Shown: piece after piece, positions 43,586 through 52,977 of the stretch
Layout: every line of letters starts with the position of its first letter
Position numbering within the stretch: position 1 is the stretch's first letter
The notes under the pieces: generated by a model
What the model saw: only the letters and a program-made list of their open reading frames with translations
Database searches by the model: none
Told to the model about the DNA's origin: nothing
Translations under genes and position numbers: made by a program
Assembly (NCBI GenBank): GCA_050246035.1
Contig: JBFWWT010000003.1
Span: 34,684 to 98,683, forward strand
Direction of reading: 5' to 3'
DNA length: 64,000 nucleotides
Source: Burkholderiales bacterium
Lineage (GTDB): Bacteria; Pseudomonadota; Gammaproteobacteria; Burkholderiales; SG8-39

Positions 43586-44470
43586 ATGAAACGCGTCGTC
43601 CTGTTCCTGGCCACCAACATCGCGGTGCTGCTGGTGCTGTCCGTGGTCATCCACCTGCTCGGGCTCGACCGCTGGCTCTCGGCCGAGGGCATCGACTACC
43701 GCGGGCTGCTCGGCTTCTCGGCGGTGCTCGGCTTCGGCGGCGCGATCGTCTCGCTGCTCATTTCCAAGCCCATGGCCAAGTGGTCCACGCGGGCGCACGT
43801 GATCGACGGCACCGAGGGCAGCACGGAGTACTGGCTGGTGCAGACCGTGAAGCGGCTTTCCGAGAAGGCGGGCATCGGCATGCCGGAAGTCGCGGTCTAC
43901 GAAGGCGCGCCCAATGCCTTCGCCACCGGCGCGTTCAAGAACGCCTCGCTCGTCGCCGTCTCCACGGGGCTCCTGCAGTCCATGAGCAAGGAGGAGGTCG
44001 AGGCGGTCCTGGGCCACGAAGTGGCGCACGTCGCCAACGGCGACATGGTGACGCTCACGCTCATCCAGGGCGTGGTGAACACCTTCGTCGTCTTCCTGTC
44101 GCGCGTGATCGGCTTCTTCGTGGACAAGGCGATCTTCCGCACCGAGCGCGGCGTCGGCCCGGGCTTCTTCATCGCCTCGCTGGTCGCCCAGATCGTGCTC
44201 GGCATCCTCGCCTCGATGATCGTGGCCTGGTTCTCGCGCCGGCGCGAGTTCCGCGCCGACCGGGGCTCCGCGGAGCTGCTCGGCTCGCCGCGGCCGATGA
44301 TGGCCGCGCTCGCGACGCTGGGCGGCGTGCCCGCGGGCGAGCTGCCGCAATCGTTCGAGGCGCACGGCATCAACCAGAGCCAGTCGAAGTTCCTCGGCCT
44401 GTTCGCGAGCCACCCGCCGGTCGAGGAGCGCATCGCCGCGCTGCGGGGATACGCACCCGGCGCGGCGTAA
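43586..44470 (+). CDS. htpX: membrane zinc metalloprotease HtpX
   Basis: [11 protein letters not shown] (HEXXH), the N-terminus [18 protein letters not shown] and SD GAGGAG. Confidence 0.95.
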   Translation: MKRVVLFLATNIAVLLVLSVVIHLLGLDRWLSAEGIDYRGLLGFSAVLGFGGAIVSLLISKPMAKWSTRAHVIDGTEGSTEYWLVQTVKRLSEKAGIGMPEVAVYEGAPNAFATGAFKNASLVAVSTGLLQSMSKEEVEAVLGHEVAHVANGDMVTLTLIQGVVNTFVVFLSRVIGFFVDKAIFRTERGVGPGFFIASLVAQIVLGILASMIVAWFSRRREFRADRGSAELLGSPRPMMAALATLGGVPAGELPQSFEAHGINQSQSKFLGLFASHPPVEERIAALRGYAPGAA

Positions 44471-44487
44471 GCCCGCGATTTGCTACG

Positions 44488-45489
44488 ATGCCGGTCATGA
44501 AGATCGGCATCGTCGGCGTGAGCGGCTACGGCGGCAGCGAGCTGCTGCGCCTTTGCGCCGGGCACCCGGCCTTCGAGATCGCCTATGTCGGCGGCGAATC
44601 CACCGCCGGCCAGTCGCTCGCGCAGCGCTTCCCCGCCCTCGCCGGCCATCCGGCGGGCAGCCTCGTCATCCAGCCTTTCGAGCCCGCGAAGGTCGCGGGC
44701 ATCGAATTGCTCTTCGCCTCGCTGCCCACGGGCAAGTCGAAAGAGCCTCTGGCGAGTATCTCGAAGGACATCCGCATCGTGGACGTCGGGGGCGACCACC
44801 GCTTCGTCGAGGGATGGACCTACGGCCTCACCGAGCTGCCCGGCCAGCGCGAGAGAATCCGCGGCGCCCGGCGCCTGGCCAACCCCGGCTGCTACCCGGC
44901 GGCCTCGCTGCTCGCCCTCGCCCCTCTGCTCAAGGAGGGCCTGATCGAGCCCGAGGGCATCGTCATCGACGCGAAGAGCGGCGTCACCGGCACCGGGCGC
45001 GGCGGCGCGAGCGACTTCGGCTACGCCGAGACGAACGAGGACCTCTTCGCCTACGGACTGGAAGCGCATCCGCACGTGCCCGAGATGGAAGCCGCGCTCG
45101 CGCAGGTGGGCGGGAAGAAGGCCACCGTGGCCTTCACGCCGCACCTCGTACCGATGACGCGCGGCATCCTCGCCACCTGCTACGCGCGCCCGCGCGGCGC
45201 GGCGGACGCGAAGCGCCTGTACGAAGCCGCCGCGGCGTGCTACCGGGACGAGCCGTTCGTGAAGCTGCAGCCGCTGGAGAAGGGCCGCAGCGCGCACACC
45301 GGCTGGACCACCGGCTCGAACCTCGTCTTCCTGTCCTACGCCGTGAATTCGCGCACCGGGCTGGTCGTCGCGATCGGCGCGATCGACAACCTCGGCAAGG
45401 GTGCTTCCGCCCAGGCCGTGCAGAACGCGAACCTGATGACCGGCCAGCCCGAGACCGCGGGCCTCGCCGGCCTGCCGCTCTGGCCCTAG
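44488..45489 (+). CDS. argC: N-acetyl-gamma-glutamyl-phosphate reductase
   Basis: KIGIVGVSGYGGSELLRL, ANPGCYP and GAIDNLGKGASAQAVQNANLM. The start could alternatively be ATG 44497. Confidence 0.9.
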   Translation: MPVMKIGIVGVSGYGGSELLRLCAGHPAFEIAYVGGESTAGQSLAQRFPALAGHPAGSLVIQPFEPAKVAGIELLFASLPTGKSKEPLASISKDIRIVDVGGDHRFVEGWTYGLTELPGQRERIRGARRLANPGCYPAASLLALAPLLKEGLIEPEGIVIDAKSGVTGTGRGGASDFGYAETNEDLFAYGLEAHPHVPEMEAALAQVGGKKATVAFTPHLVPMTRGILATCYARPRGAADAKRLYEAAAACYRDEPFVKLQPLEKGRSAHTGWTTGSNLVFLSYAVNSRTGLVVAIGAIDNLGKGASAQAVQNANLMTGQPETAGLAGLPLWP

Positions 45490-45527
45490 GCGTCCCGGCC
45501 GCGCGCGGCTGGGCCGACACCCTGCTC

Positions 45528-46376
45528 GCGTGGTACTTCGTCGCCGTCTGGGGCTCGGGCTACATCGCCACCAAGATCGGCATCCAGTACGCGGCGCCGT
45601 TCACGTTCCTGTCGCTGCGCTACGCCTTCGGGCTCGCCTGCCTCGTGCCGGTGCTGGTGCTCATGCGCCCCGCCTGGCCGCGTACGCCGCGCGAGCTCGG
45701 CCACGTGGTCGCCGCGGGGCTGCTCATGCACGGCATCCAGCTCTCGGGCACGCATTACGCGCAGTACCTGGGCCTCTCGGCCGGCATCGTGGCGGTGATC
45801 CTCGCCGCGCAGCCGCTGCTCACCGCGCTCTTCGCGAGGCACTGGATGCACGAGCGGCTGGCGCCGCGTCAGTGGACGGGCGTCGCCCTCGGCCTCGCCG
45901 GCGTGCTGCTCGTCGTCTGGCACAAGATCGACGTGCGCGAGATGTCGCTCGGGGCGCTCGTCGCCGTGACGGTGGGCCTGCTCGGCGTGACCGCCGGCAC
46001 GCTCTACCAGCGCGTGTTCTGTCCCACCGTGAACCTGTACAGCGCCGCCTGGGTGCAGTTCGCCGCCTCGCTCGCCGTGCTCGCGCCCCTGGCGTTCGCC
46101 GTCGAGGGGGCGCGCGTGGACTGGCGCTGGCCGCTCTTCGGCGCGATCGCCTTCCTGGTGATCTTCGCTTCGATCTTCGCGGTCAACGCGCTGCACACGC
46201 TGATGCGGCGCGGGCACGCGACCAAGGTGACGAGCATCATCTACCTGACGCCGATCTTCGCCGTGGTGCCCGAGTACCTGCTCTTCGGCGTCGTGCCGAG
46301 TACCCTGTCGGTCGCGGGCATCGTCGTCACCTGCGCCGGCGTGGCCCTGGTCACCGTCCCGCAGCGCGCCGGTTAG
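45528..46376 (+). CDS. DMT/EamA family transporter (start codon unresolved)
   Basis: [20 protein letters not shown] and 10 TM helices. No in-frame ATG, GTG or TTG lies between the argC stop and TM1. The only candidates are CTG 45480 and 45528. Confidence 0.65.
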   Translation, partial: AWYFVAVWGSGYIATKIGIQYAAPFTFLSLRYAFGLACLVPVLVLMRPAWPRTPRELGHVVAAGLLMHGIQLSGTHYAQYLGLSAGIVAVILAAQPLLTALFARHWMHERLAPRQWTGVALGLAGVLLVVWHKIDVREMSLGALVAVTVGLLGVTAGTLYQRVFCPTVNLYSAAWVQFAASLAVLAPLAFAVEGARVDWRWPLFGAIAFLVIFASIFAVNALHTLMRRGHATKVTSIIYLTPIFAVVPEYLLFGVVPSTLSVAGIVVTCAGVALVTVPQRAG

Positions 46377-46389
46377 AATGGCGCCCACC

Positions 46390-47391
46390 ATGCGCCGCGC
46401 TCCCCTGTCTCAATACCTCATCCAGTGCCAGCGCGACGGTCGGATCAACGCCGACCTCAGGCTCCTGCTCGAGACCATCGCACGCGCCTGCAAGGCGATC
46501 AGCACGCGCGTGAACAAGGGCGCGCTCGCCGACGCGCACGGCGCGGCGGGCACCACCAACGTGCAGGGCGAGACCGTGCAGAAGCTCGACGTCATGTCCA
46601 ACGAGATCCTGCTCGAGGCGAACGAATGGGGCGGCAACCTCGCCGCGCTCGCCTCCGAGGAGATGGAGCTGCCGCACCCGATTCCCACGCACTACCCGAA
46701 GGGCGAGTACCTGCTGCTCTTCGACCCGCTCGACGGTTCCTCCAACATCGACGTCAACATCTCGGTGGGCACCATTTTCTCGGTGCTGCGCTGCCCGAAG
46801 ACCGCCGACGGGCGCCTGTGCGAGCCCGAGGAAGCGGCGTTCCTGCAGCCCGGGCGCAACCAGGTGGCGGCCGGCTTCGCCGTCTACGGCCCGACCACCG
46901 TGCTCGTGCTCACGGCGGGCGACGGCGCCCACGGCTTCACGCTCGATCGCGAGACCTACACCTTCGTCCTCACGCACCCGAACATCCGCATCCCCGCGGA
47001 CACCGCCGAGTTCGCGATCAACATGTCGAACCAGCGGCGCTGGGAGCCGCCGGTGAAGCGCTACATCGACGAGTGCCTCGCGGGCAAGGACGGGCCGCGC
47101 GGCAAGGACTTCAACATGCGCTGGGTCGCGTCCATGGTGGCGGACGTCTTCCGCGTGCTCTCGCGCGGCGGCATCTTCATGTACCCGCGCGACGCCAAGC
47201 ATAAGGAAGGGCGACTGCGCCTCATGTACGAGGCCAATCCCATGTCCTTCATCGTCGAGCAGGCCGGCGGCGCCGCCACCGACGGCGCGACGCGCATCCT
47301 CGACGTCCAGCCGAAGGGCCTGCACCAGCGCGTCGCGGTGATCCTCGGCTCGAAGAACGAGGTCGACCGGGTAACCTCGTACCACAAGTAA
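46390..47391 (+). CDS. fbp: class 1 fructose-1,6-bisphosphatase
   Basis: [12 protein letters not shown].., [23 protein letters not shown] and GGIFMYP. ATG 46378 is an alternative start. Confidence 0.9.
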   Translation: MRRAPLSQYLIQCQRDGRINADLRLLLETIARACKAISTRVNKGALADAHGAAGTTNVQGETVQKLDVMSNEILLEANEWGGNLAALASEEMELPHPIPTHYPKGEYLLLFDPLDGSSNIDVNISVGTIFSVLRCPKTADGRLCEPEEAAFLQPGRNQVAAGFAVYGPTTVLVLTAGDGAHGFTLDRETYTFVLTHPNIRIPADTAEFAINMSNQRRWEPPVKRYIDECLAGKDGPRGKDFNMRWVASMVADVFRVLSRGGIFMYPRDAKHKEGRLRLMYEANPMSFIVEQAGGAATDGATRILDVQPKGLHQRVAVILGSKNEVDRVTSYHK

Positions 47392-47583
47392 TTGGGGACG
47401 GACCTCAATTGAGCGGTGCGATGGCAAAGGCACCGCGCGATCCGCCGTTTATACGTCTCCCCTTTTTCTGGCCGGGTGAATCTTCCGGCCAGAAAAAGGG
47501 GAGATGAATTGAAGACCCCATGACCGCGGTGCCTCCGCTATCGCACCGCTCTGCCGCCGCTTAATCGAGGTCCGTCCCCAATT
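47390..47583. mobile_element. 194-bp nested composite palindromic element (MITE-like) of the GGGGACGGACC family
   Basis: Terminal inverted repeats AATTGGGGACGGACCTCAATTGAGCGGTGCGAT.. / ..ATCGCACCGCTC..TTAATCGAGGTCCGTCCCCAATT. The central perfect 19-bp hairpin is CTCCCCTTTTTCTGGCCGG / CCGGCCAGAAAAAGGGGAG. No ORF. Confidence 0.8.
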
Positions 47584-47595
47584 TCCAACGAAAAA

Positions 47596-47620
47596 GGCCG
47601 GGGGCTCCCGCCGCCCGGCC
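47596..47620 (-). terminator. rho-independent terminator of the SWIB gene
   Basis: The minus strand reads GGCCGGG..CCCGGCC stem followed by TTTTT (complement of 47591-47595), 24 nt after the stop. Confidence 0.65.
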
Positions 47621-47643
47621 TTCTTCTGCTCCCTTGAAACCGT

Positions 47644-47931
47644 TTACTTCAGGTGCTTGTTGACCAGCTTGGTCATCTCGAACATCGACACCTGCGACTT
47701 GCCTCCGAACACCGGCTTGAGCTTCTCGTCGGCGTTGATCATGCGGCGGTTCTTCTTGTCCTGCAGCCCGTTGCGCTTGATGTAGGCCCAGATCTTCTTG
47801 GTGACCTCGGTGCGCGGCATGGCGCTGGAGCCCACGACCGCGGCGAGCGTCGCGTCCGGGTTCATCGCCTTCATGAATGCCGCATTCGGCTTGCGCTTCT
47901 TGCCCGCCTTCTTCGCCTTCTTTTTCGCCAT
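47644..47931 (-). CDS. SWIB/MDM2 domain-containing protein
   Basis: Lys-rich N-terminus, then PRTEVTKKIWAYIKRNGLQD and SMFEMTKLVNKHL. SD GAGGAGA. Confidence 0.85.
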   Translation of the reverse strand: MAKKKAKKAGKKRKPNAAFMKAMNPDATLAAVVGSSAMPRTEVTKKIWAYIKRNGLQDKKNRRMINADEKLKPVFGGKSQVSMFEMTKLVNKHLK

Positions 47932-48122
47932 CGTGTTTCTCCTCTGATCGGAACGGAACTCTAGAGATCCGGATTCTTCCGCCGCGAAGCGGCGGTGGCC
48001 GAAAGATGCCGAATCCGGCGGTGCATGTCAATCGCCCAGAGGGAAAATCGGCAACTATTTTCCGCGCGCCGCGCCGCGCGGCGCGCGCGGCGGCGCGCTC
48101 ATAGTCTTATAGAATCCCCGGC

Positions 48123-48761
48123 ATGAACATCGCCGACCTGCGCCGGGAATACATGCGCGCCGGTCTGGCGGAAGCCGACGCGCACGCCGACCCGCTCGCC
48201 CAGTTCGAGCGCTGGTTCCGCGAGGCCGAAGCAGCGCAGGTCCCGCTGCCCAATGCCATGACACTTGCCACGGTCGACGCCGGCGGCGCGCCCTCGGCGC
48301 GCATCGTGCTGCTCAAAGCCATCGAGCACGGCAGCTTCACTTTCTACTCCAACTACCTGAGCCGTAAGGGCCGGGAGCTTGCGGTGCGCCCGCGCGCCTG
48401 CCTGGTGTTCCTGTGGGCGGAGCTCGAGCGGCAGGTGCGCGTCGAGGGCACCGTCGTGCGCGTGACGGCGAAGGAATCGGATGCCTATTTCGCCAGTCGT
48501 CCCCTGGGCGCGCGACTCTCGGCCTGGGCGTCTTCGCAGAGCGACACCGTGGCCGACCGGGCGGCGCTGGAGCGCGCGCTGCAGGGCATGCGCGCCAAGC
48601 ACGGCGAGACCCCCCCGCGTCCGCCGCACTGGGGTGGCTACCGCCTCGCGCCGGAAGCGATCGAGTTCTGGCAAGGTCGCGCCGACCGCCTGCACGACCG
48701 CCTGCTCTACCGGCGCGCCCCGGCGGCCGCGGACTGGACGATTGAGCGCCTCGCTCCCTGA
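48123..48761 (+). CDS. pdxH: pyridoxamine 5'-phosphate oxidase
   Basis: [33 protein letters not shown] and [14 protein letters not shown]. Confidence 0.9.
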   Translation: MNIADLRREYMRAGLAEADAHADPLAQFERWFREAEAAQVPLPNAMTLATVDAGGAPSARIVLLKAIEHGSFTFYSNYLSRKGRELAVRPRACLVFLWAELERQVRVEGTVVRVTAKESDAYFASRPLGARLSAWASSQSDTVADRAALERALQGMRAKHGETPPRPPHWGGYRLAPEAIEFWQGRADRLHDRLLYRRAPAAADWTIERLAP

Positions 48762-48765
48762 GACC

Positions 48766-49728
48766 GTGCTCGCCTTCCTGCATCGCGCGGGCCTGGCCGC
48801 CGCGGGCGAGTCGCCGGCGGCCGCGCCGCTCGCCGGCGGAGTGTCCTCCGACATCTGGAAGGTCGAGCTGCGCGCGGGCCCGGTCTGCGTGAAGCGTGCG
48901 CTCGCGCGTCTGCGCGTGGCGCAGCTCTGGGAGGCGCCGGTCGAGCGCAACCGCTTCGAGTGGCGCTGGATGAAGGCCGCGGCGCGCATCGTGCCGGGCT
49001 GCGCGCCGCGCGTGCTCGCGCACGATGACGCGGGCTGTTTCGCCATGGAGTTCTTGGACGCGGCGCACCACCCGCTGTGGAAAGACGAGCTGCGCGCGGG
49101 CCGCGCCGACGCCGTTTTCGCCGCGCGCGTCGGCGAGCGCCTCGCGCGCATCCACGCGGCGACCGCGGACGACGCCGCGCTCGCGGCCGAGTTCGCCACC
49201 GACGCGGGCTTCCACGCCATCCGGCTCGAGCCTTACCTGCTCGCCACCGCGCGGCGCCACCCGGACCTCGCCGGCGTGCTCGAGGCACTCGTCGCGCGCA
49301 CGGCGGCAACGCGCGCCGCTCTCGTGCACGGCGACGTCAGCCCCAAGAACATCCTCGTCGGGCCGCAGGGCCCGGTATTTCTCGATGCGGAGTGCGCCTG
49401 GTACGGCGACCCGGCGTTCGACCTCGCCTTCTGCCTGAACCACCTGCTGCTCAAGTGCCTGTGGGTGCCTGCGGCGCAGGCGCGCTTCCTCGAGTGCTAC
49501 GAAGCGCTCGCCACCGCGTACCTCGCCGCTTGCGCCGCGCCGGGCGTCGAGGCGCGCGCGGCGAGCCTGCTTCCGGGGCTGCTGCTCGCGCGCGTGGACG
49601 GCAAGTCGCCGGTGGAGTACGTGACCGAAGAGACGCAGAAGGAGCGGGTGCGGCGCGTTGCGCGCGCGCTGCTGCTCGCGCCGCCCCTCACCCTGGATCA
49701 GGTCCGCGACGCATGGCGCGCATCGTAG
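48766..49728 (+). CDS. phosphotransferase (APH/MtnK-like kinase family)
   Basis: GTG start. LVHGDVSPKNILV (HGDxxxxN) and FLDAECAWYGDPAFDLAFCLNHLLLK. Confidence 0.75.
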   Translation: MLAFLHRAGLAAAGESPAAAPLAGGVSSDIWKVELRAGPVCVKRALARLRVAQLWEAPVERNRFEWRWMKAAARIVPGCAPRVLAHDDAGCFAMEFLDAAHHPLWKDELRAGRADAVFAARVGERLARIHAATADDAALAAEFATDAGFHAIRLEPYLLATARRHPDLAGVLEALVARTAATRAALVHGDVSPKNILVGPQGPVFLDAECAWYGDPAFDLAFCLNHLLLKCLWVPAAQARFLECYEALATAYLAACAAPGVEARAASLLPGLLLARVDGKSPVEYVTEETQKERVRRVARALLLAPPLTLDQVRDAWRAS

Positions 49729-50942
49729 ACGTGCGCGCGCGGCGCGTTTGGGACTCGCGCGGCCGCGCTACGGTCGAGGCCGAGGTGACCCTGAAGGGCG
49801 CGCGCGGGCGCGCCATCGCGCCGGCCGGCGCTTCCACCGGCGCGGGCGAGGCGACCGCGCTGCCCGCGGACGCGGCCGTGCGCAACGTGAACGGCCCGAT
49901 TCGCGACGCGCTGCTCGGCGTGGACGCGCGCTTCCAGGAGGCGGTGGACGCGAAGCTCGTCGCCCTCGACGGCACGCCCGACAAGTCGCGCTTCGGCGCG
50001 AACGCGATTGTCGCGGTTTCGCTCGCCTGCCTGCACGCTTCCGCCGCCGCGGCCCGGCGCCCGCTGTGGCGCCACCTCGCCGGCGAGCGCCGCGTGGCGA
50101 TGCCGGTGCCGCAGGTGCAGATCTACGGCGGCGGCGCGCATGCGCGCGGCAGCGTGGACATCCAGGACTACCTGGTCGTGTGCCCGGGCGCAGGGAGCTT
50201 CGCCGAGAGCCTCGAGTGGATCGCGGAGGTGTATCGGGCCGCCGGCGCGCGCCTCGCGAAGCGCGGCGCGCTCGCGGGCGTCGCCGACGAAGGCGGCTGG
50301 TGGCCGTCGTTCAAGTCGAACGAGGAAGGCCTTGCCGAGCTCGTGGGCGCGATCAGCGACGCGGGGTTCGAGCCGGGCGTGGACGTCGCCATCGCCCTCG
50401 ACGTCGCGGCGTCGCAGTTCCATCGCGGCGGGCGCTACCACCTCGCGCTGGAGAACCGATCGCTCAGCGCCGAGCAGCTGCACGCGATGCTGCTGCGCTG
50501 GCTGGAGGCCTATCCGATCGTCTCGCTGGAGGATCCGTTCGCCGAGCAGGACCACGAGGCGATGCGCGCGTTCACCAGGGCGGCAGGGGCGCGCGTGCAG
50601 ATCGTGGGCGACGATCTCTTCGTCACGGATGCGCGCCGCCTCGATCCCGCGCTCGCCAACGCGGTGCTGCTCAAGCCAAACCAGGTGGGCACCGTGAGCG
50701 AGACGCTCGCCTGCTGGCACGCGGCGCAGGAGAAAGGCATGCGCGCCATCGTCTCGGCGCGCTCCGGCGAGACCGAAGACGTCTCCATCGTGCACCTCGC
50801 CGTGGGCTGGGGCGTGCCACAGCTCAAGGTGGGCAGCTTCGCCCGCTCCGAGCGCATGGCGAAGTGGAACGAGGGCCTGCGCATCGAGGAGGAGCTCGGC
50901 GCGAAGGCGCTGCTCTACCCCGCACGCAGACTGTTCAAATAG
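49713..50942 (+). CDS. divergent enolase-family protein (enolase paralogue)
   Basis: DSRGRATVEAEV, PAGASTG, ADEGGW, ALDVAAS, SLEDPF, VGDDLFVT, LLKPNQVGT and SARSGETED. It overlaps the kinase gene by 16 nt. Confidence 0.85.
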   Translation: MARIVDVRARRVWDSRGRATVEAEVTLKGARGRAIAPAGASTGAGEATALPADAAVRNVNGPIRDALLGVDARFQEAVDAKLVALDGTPDKSRFGANAIVAVSLACLHASAAAARRPLWRHLAGERRVAMPVPQVQIYGGGAHARGSVDIQDYLVVCPGAGSFAESLEWIAEVYRAAGARLAKRGALAGVADEGGWWPSFKSNEEGLAELVGAISDAGFEPGVDVAIALDVAASQFHRGGRYHLALENRSLSAEQLHAMLLRWLEAYPIVSLEDPFAEQDHEAMRAFTRAAGARVQIVGDDLFVTDARRLDPALANAVLLKPNQVGTVSETLACWHAAQEKGMRAIVSARSGETEDVSIVHLAVGWGVPQLKVGSFARSERMAKWNEGLRIEEELGAKALLYPARRLFK

Positions 50943-50988
50943 GGACGGACCTCAATTTCTCGCTGCGCGAGAAATTGAGGTCCGTCCC
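50942..50988. repeat. palindromic repeat element G between convergent genes
   Basis: Perfect 22-bp arms GGGACGGACCTCAATTTCTCGC / GCGAGAAATTGAGGTCCGTCCC with a 3-nt loop. The enolase-like TAG (50940-42) overlaps its left flank. Confidence 0.9.
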
Positions 50989-50992
50989 CCAT

Positions 50993-51649
50993 TTACAGCG
51001 CCTGCAGGCCTGCCGCATCCAGGCGGTAGCGCCGGTCGCAGGTGGCGGCGGCGGCCTCGGAGTGCGTGACGAGGATGCTCGCCGCGCCATGGCGCTTTAC
51101 CTGCCCGCGCAGCACCTCGAGCACCTGGCGCGCGTTGTCGGGGTCGAGGTTTCCCGTCGGCTCGTCGGCGAGCACGAGCCGCGGCTCGCCCACCAGCGCG
51201 CGCGCGATGGCCACCCGCTGCAGCTCGCCGCCCGAGAGCTCGCGCGGCATCGCCGGCCCGCGATCGCCGAGGCCCACGGCGCCGAGGAGCGCGCGCGCGC
51301 GGCTGCGGATCTCGGCTGCCGGCGCGCCGCGCAACAGCAGCGGCAACCCCACGTTCTGCTCGGCCGTGAGGTGCGGCAGGAGGTGAAACGCCTGGAACAC
51401 GAAGCCGAAGTGCTCGCGGCGCAGGCGCGTGGCGGCGTCGTCGGAAAGCGCCGCGACCTCGAAGCCATCGAAGGCGATCGAGCCCGCGTCCACCGGCTCG
51501 AGGCCCGCGATCACGTTGAGCAATGTCGACTTGCCGATGCCGGACTCGCCGAGCACGGCGACGTGCTCGCCAGCCGATACTTCGAGCGACACCGCGTTGA
51601 GCACCGTGCGCCCGCCGAAGCGCTTGGTGACGCCCGAGAGCCTTAACAT
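50993..51649 (-). CDS. ABC transporter ATP-binding protein (LolD/MacB-type), no adjacent permease
   Basis: GESGIGKSTLL, LSGGELQRVAIARAL and LADEPTGNLD. Confidence 0.85.
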   Translation of the reverse strand: MLRLSGVTKRFGGRTVLNAVSLEVSAGEHVAVLGESGIGKSTLLNVIAGLEPVDAGSIAFDGFEVAALSDDAATRLRREHFGFVFQAFHLLPHLTAEQNVGLPLLLRGAPAAEIRSRARALLGAVGLGDRGPAMPRELSGGELQRVAIARALVGEPRLVLADEPTGNLDPDNARQVLEVLRGQVKRHGAASILVTHSEAAAATCDRRYRLDAAGLQAL

Positions 51650-51738
51650 GCCTCAAGTCTAGCGGCTGGCCGCGGCCTAGACACCTCGCGGGGCCCCTTG
51701 CTAGACTGGACGCGCACATAAATCGGAGGAGACCCACC

Positions 51739-52920
51739 GTGCGCACCCCCATCCGCATGCTGGCGGCCGCGGCCGCCGCCGCGTCGCTCGCGTTCGCGCC
51801 GCTCGCGTCCGCGCAGCAGAAGATCAAGATCGGCTTCATCACCACGCTCACCGGCCCTGCCGGCATCATCGGCAAGCACATGAAGGACTCGGTCGAGCTC
51901 GCCATGGACCACCTGGGCGGCAAGATGGGCGGCGTGCCCGTCGAGGTGATCTTCGGCGACGACCAGTTCAAGCCCGACATCGGCGTGCAGGTCGCCGAGG
52001 AGATGCTGAAGAAGCACCAGGTCGACATCGTCTCCGGCATCATCTGGTCGCACGTGATGATGGCCGTCGTGCCGGTGGTCACCGGGGCCGGCAAGGTGAT
52101 GGTCGGCACCAACGCCGGCGCGAGCCCGCTCGCCGGCAAGGCCTGCCACCCGCAGTACTTCTCCACCTCCTGGAACAACGACCAGACGCCCGAGGCGATG
52201 GGCAAGTTCATGCAGGAGCAGGGCATCAACGACGTCTACGTGCTCGCGCCCAATTACCAGGCCGGCAAGGACATGGTCGCGGGCTTCAAGCGCTACTACA
52301 AGGGCCGCATCGTCGAGGAGATCTTCACCAAGCCGGGCCAGCAGGACTATCAGGCCGAGATCACGCAGCTGCGCGCCAAGAACCCCAAGGCCGCGTTCGT
52401 GTTCTATCCGGGCGGCATGGGCGTGCAGTTCGTGCGCCAGTACTTCCAGGCCGGCCTGCGCGACCGCATCCCGCTCTACTCCGTGTTCACGGTGGACGAG
52501 ACGACGCTCCCGGCGCTCAAGGAGTCGGCGATCGGCCAGTGGGAGACCAAGTTCTGGAACCCCGACCTCGACGTGCCGGCGAGCAAGCGCTACGTCGCCG
52601 ACTTCCGCAAGAAGTTCGGCTACACGCCCTCGTTCTACGGCGCGCAGAGCTACGACGGGATCATGCTGATCGACTCCGCGGTGCGCGCCAACAAGGGCAG
52701 CCTGGCCGACACCAAGGCGGTGGTCGCCGCCATGCGCAAGGCGGACTACGACTCGATTCGCGGCAAGTTCCAGTGGAACGTCAACCAGCACCCGATCCAG
52801 GACTTCTACCTCATCCAGACGGTGAAAGGCGGGCCGGACGGCGTGACCACCGAGATCAAGCGCAAGGTGTTCGACGATCACAAGGACTCGTACTACCAGG
52901 ACTGCAAGATGCCCTGGTGA
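51739..52920 (+). CDS. branched-chain amino acid-type ABC transporter substrate-binding protein (LivK/LivJ family)
   Basis: GTG start, SD GGAGGAG, signal peptide, then KIKIGFITTLTGPAGIIG. Confidence 0.85.
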   Translation: MRTPIRMLAAAAAAASLAFAPLASAQQKIKIGFITTLTGPAGIIGKHMKDSVELAMDHLGGKMGGVPVEVIFGDDQFKPDIGVQVAEEMLKKHQVDIVSGIIWSHVMMAVVPVVTGAGKVMVGTNAGASPLAGKACHPQYFSTSWNNDQTPEAMGKFMQEQGINDVYVLAPNYQAGKDMVAGFKRYYKGRIVEEIFTKPGQQDYQAEITQLRAKNPKAAFVFYPGGMGVQFVRQYFQAGLRDRIPLYSVFTVDETTLPALKESAIGQWETKFWNPDLDVPASKRYVADFRKKFGYTPSFYGAQSYDGIMLIDSAVRANKGSLADTKAVVAAMRKADYDSIRGKFQWNVNQHPIQDFYLIQTVKGGPDGVTTEIKRKVFDDHKDSYYQDCKMPW

Positions 52921-52943
52921 GCGCCGCCGCCCGACGCTAGCCG

Positions 52944-52977
52944 AGGGGCGCGGCCGACTGCCGCGCCCCTCTTTTTT
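52944..52977 (+). terminator. intra-operon terminator/attenuator hairpin after the SBP gene
   Basis: AGGGGCGCGG-N7-CCGCGCCCCT followed by CTTTTTT. It directly abuts the GTG start of the first permease gene. Confidence 0.55.

Noticed and set aside
49713-50942. Calling this gene the housekeeping glycolytic enolase (eno)
   Set aside because: It carries SARSGETED instead of SHRSGETED, has an N-terminal loop deletion, and is coupled to a kinase. These argue for a paralogue, so the symbol is withheld because the rest of the genome is not visible.
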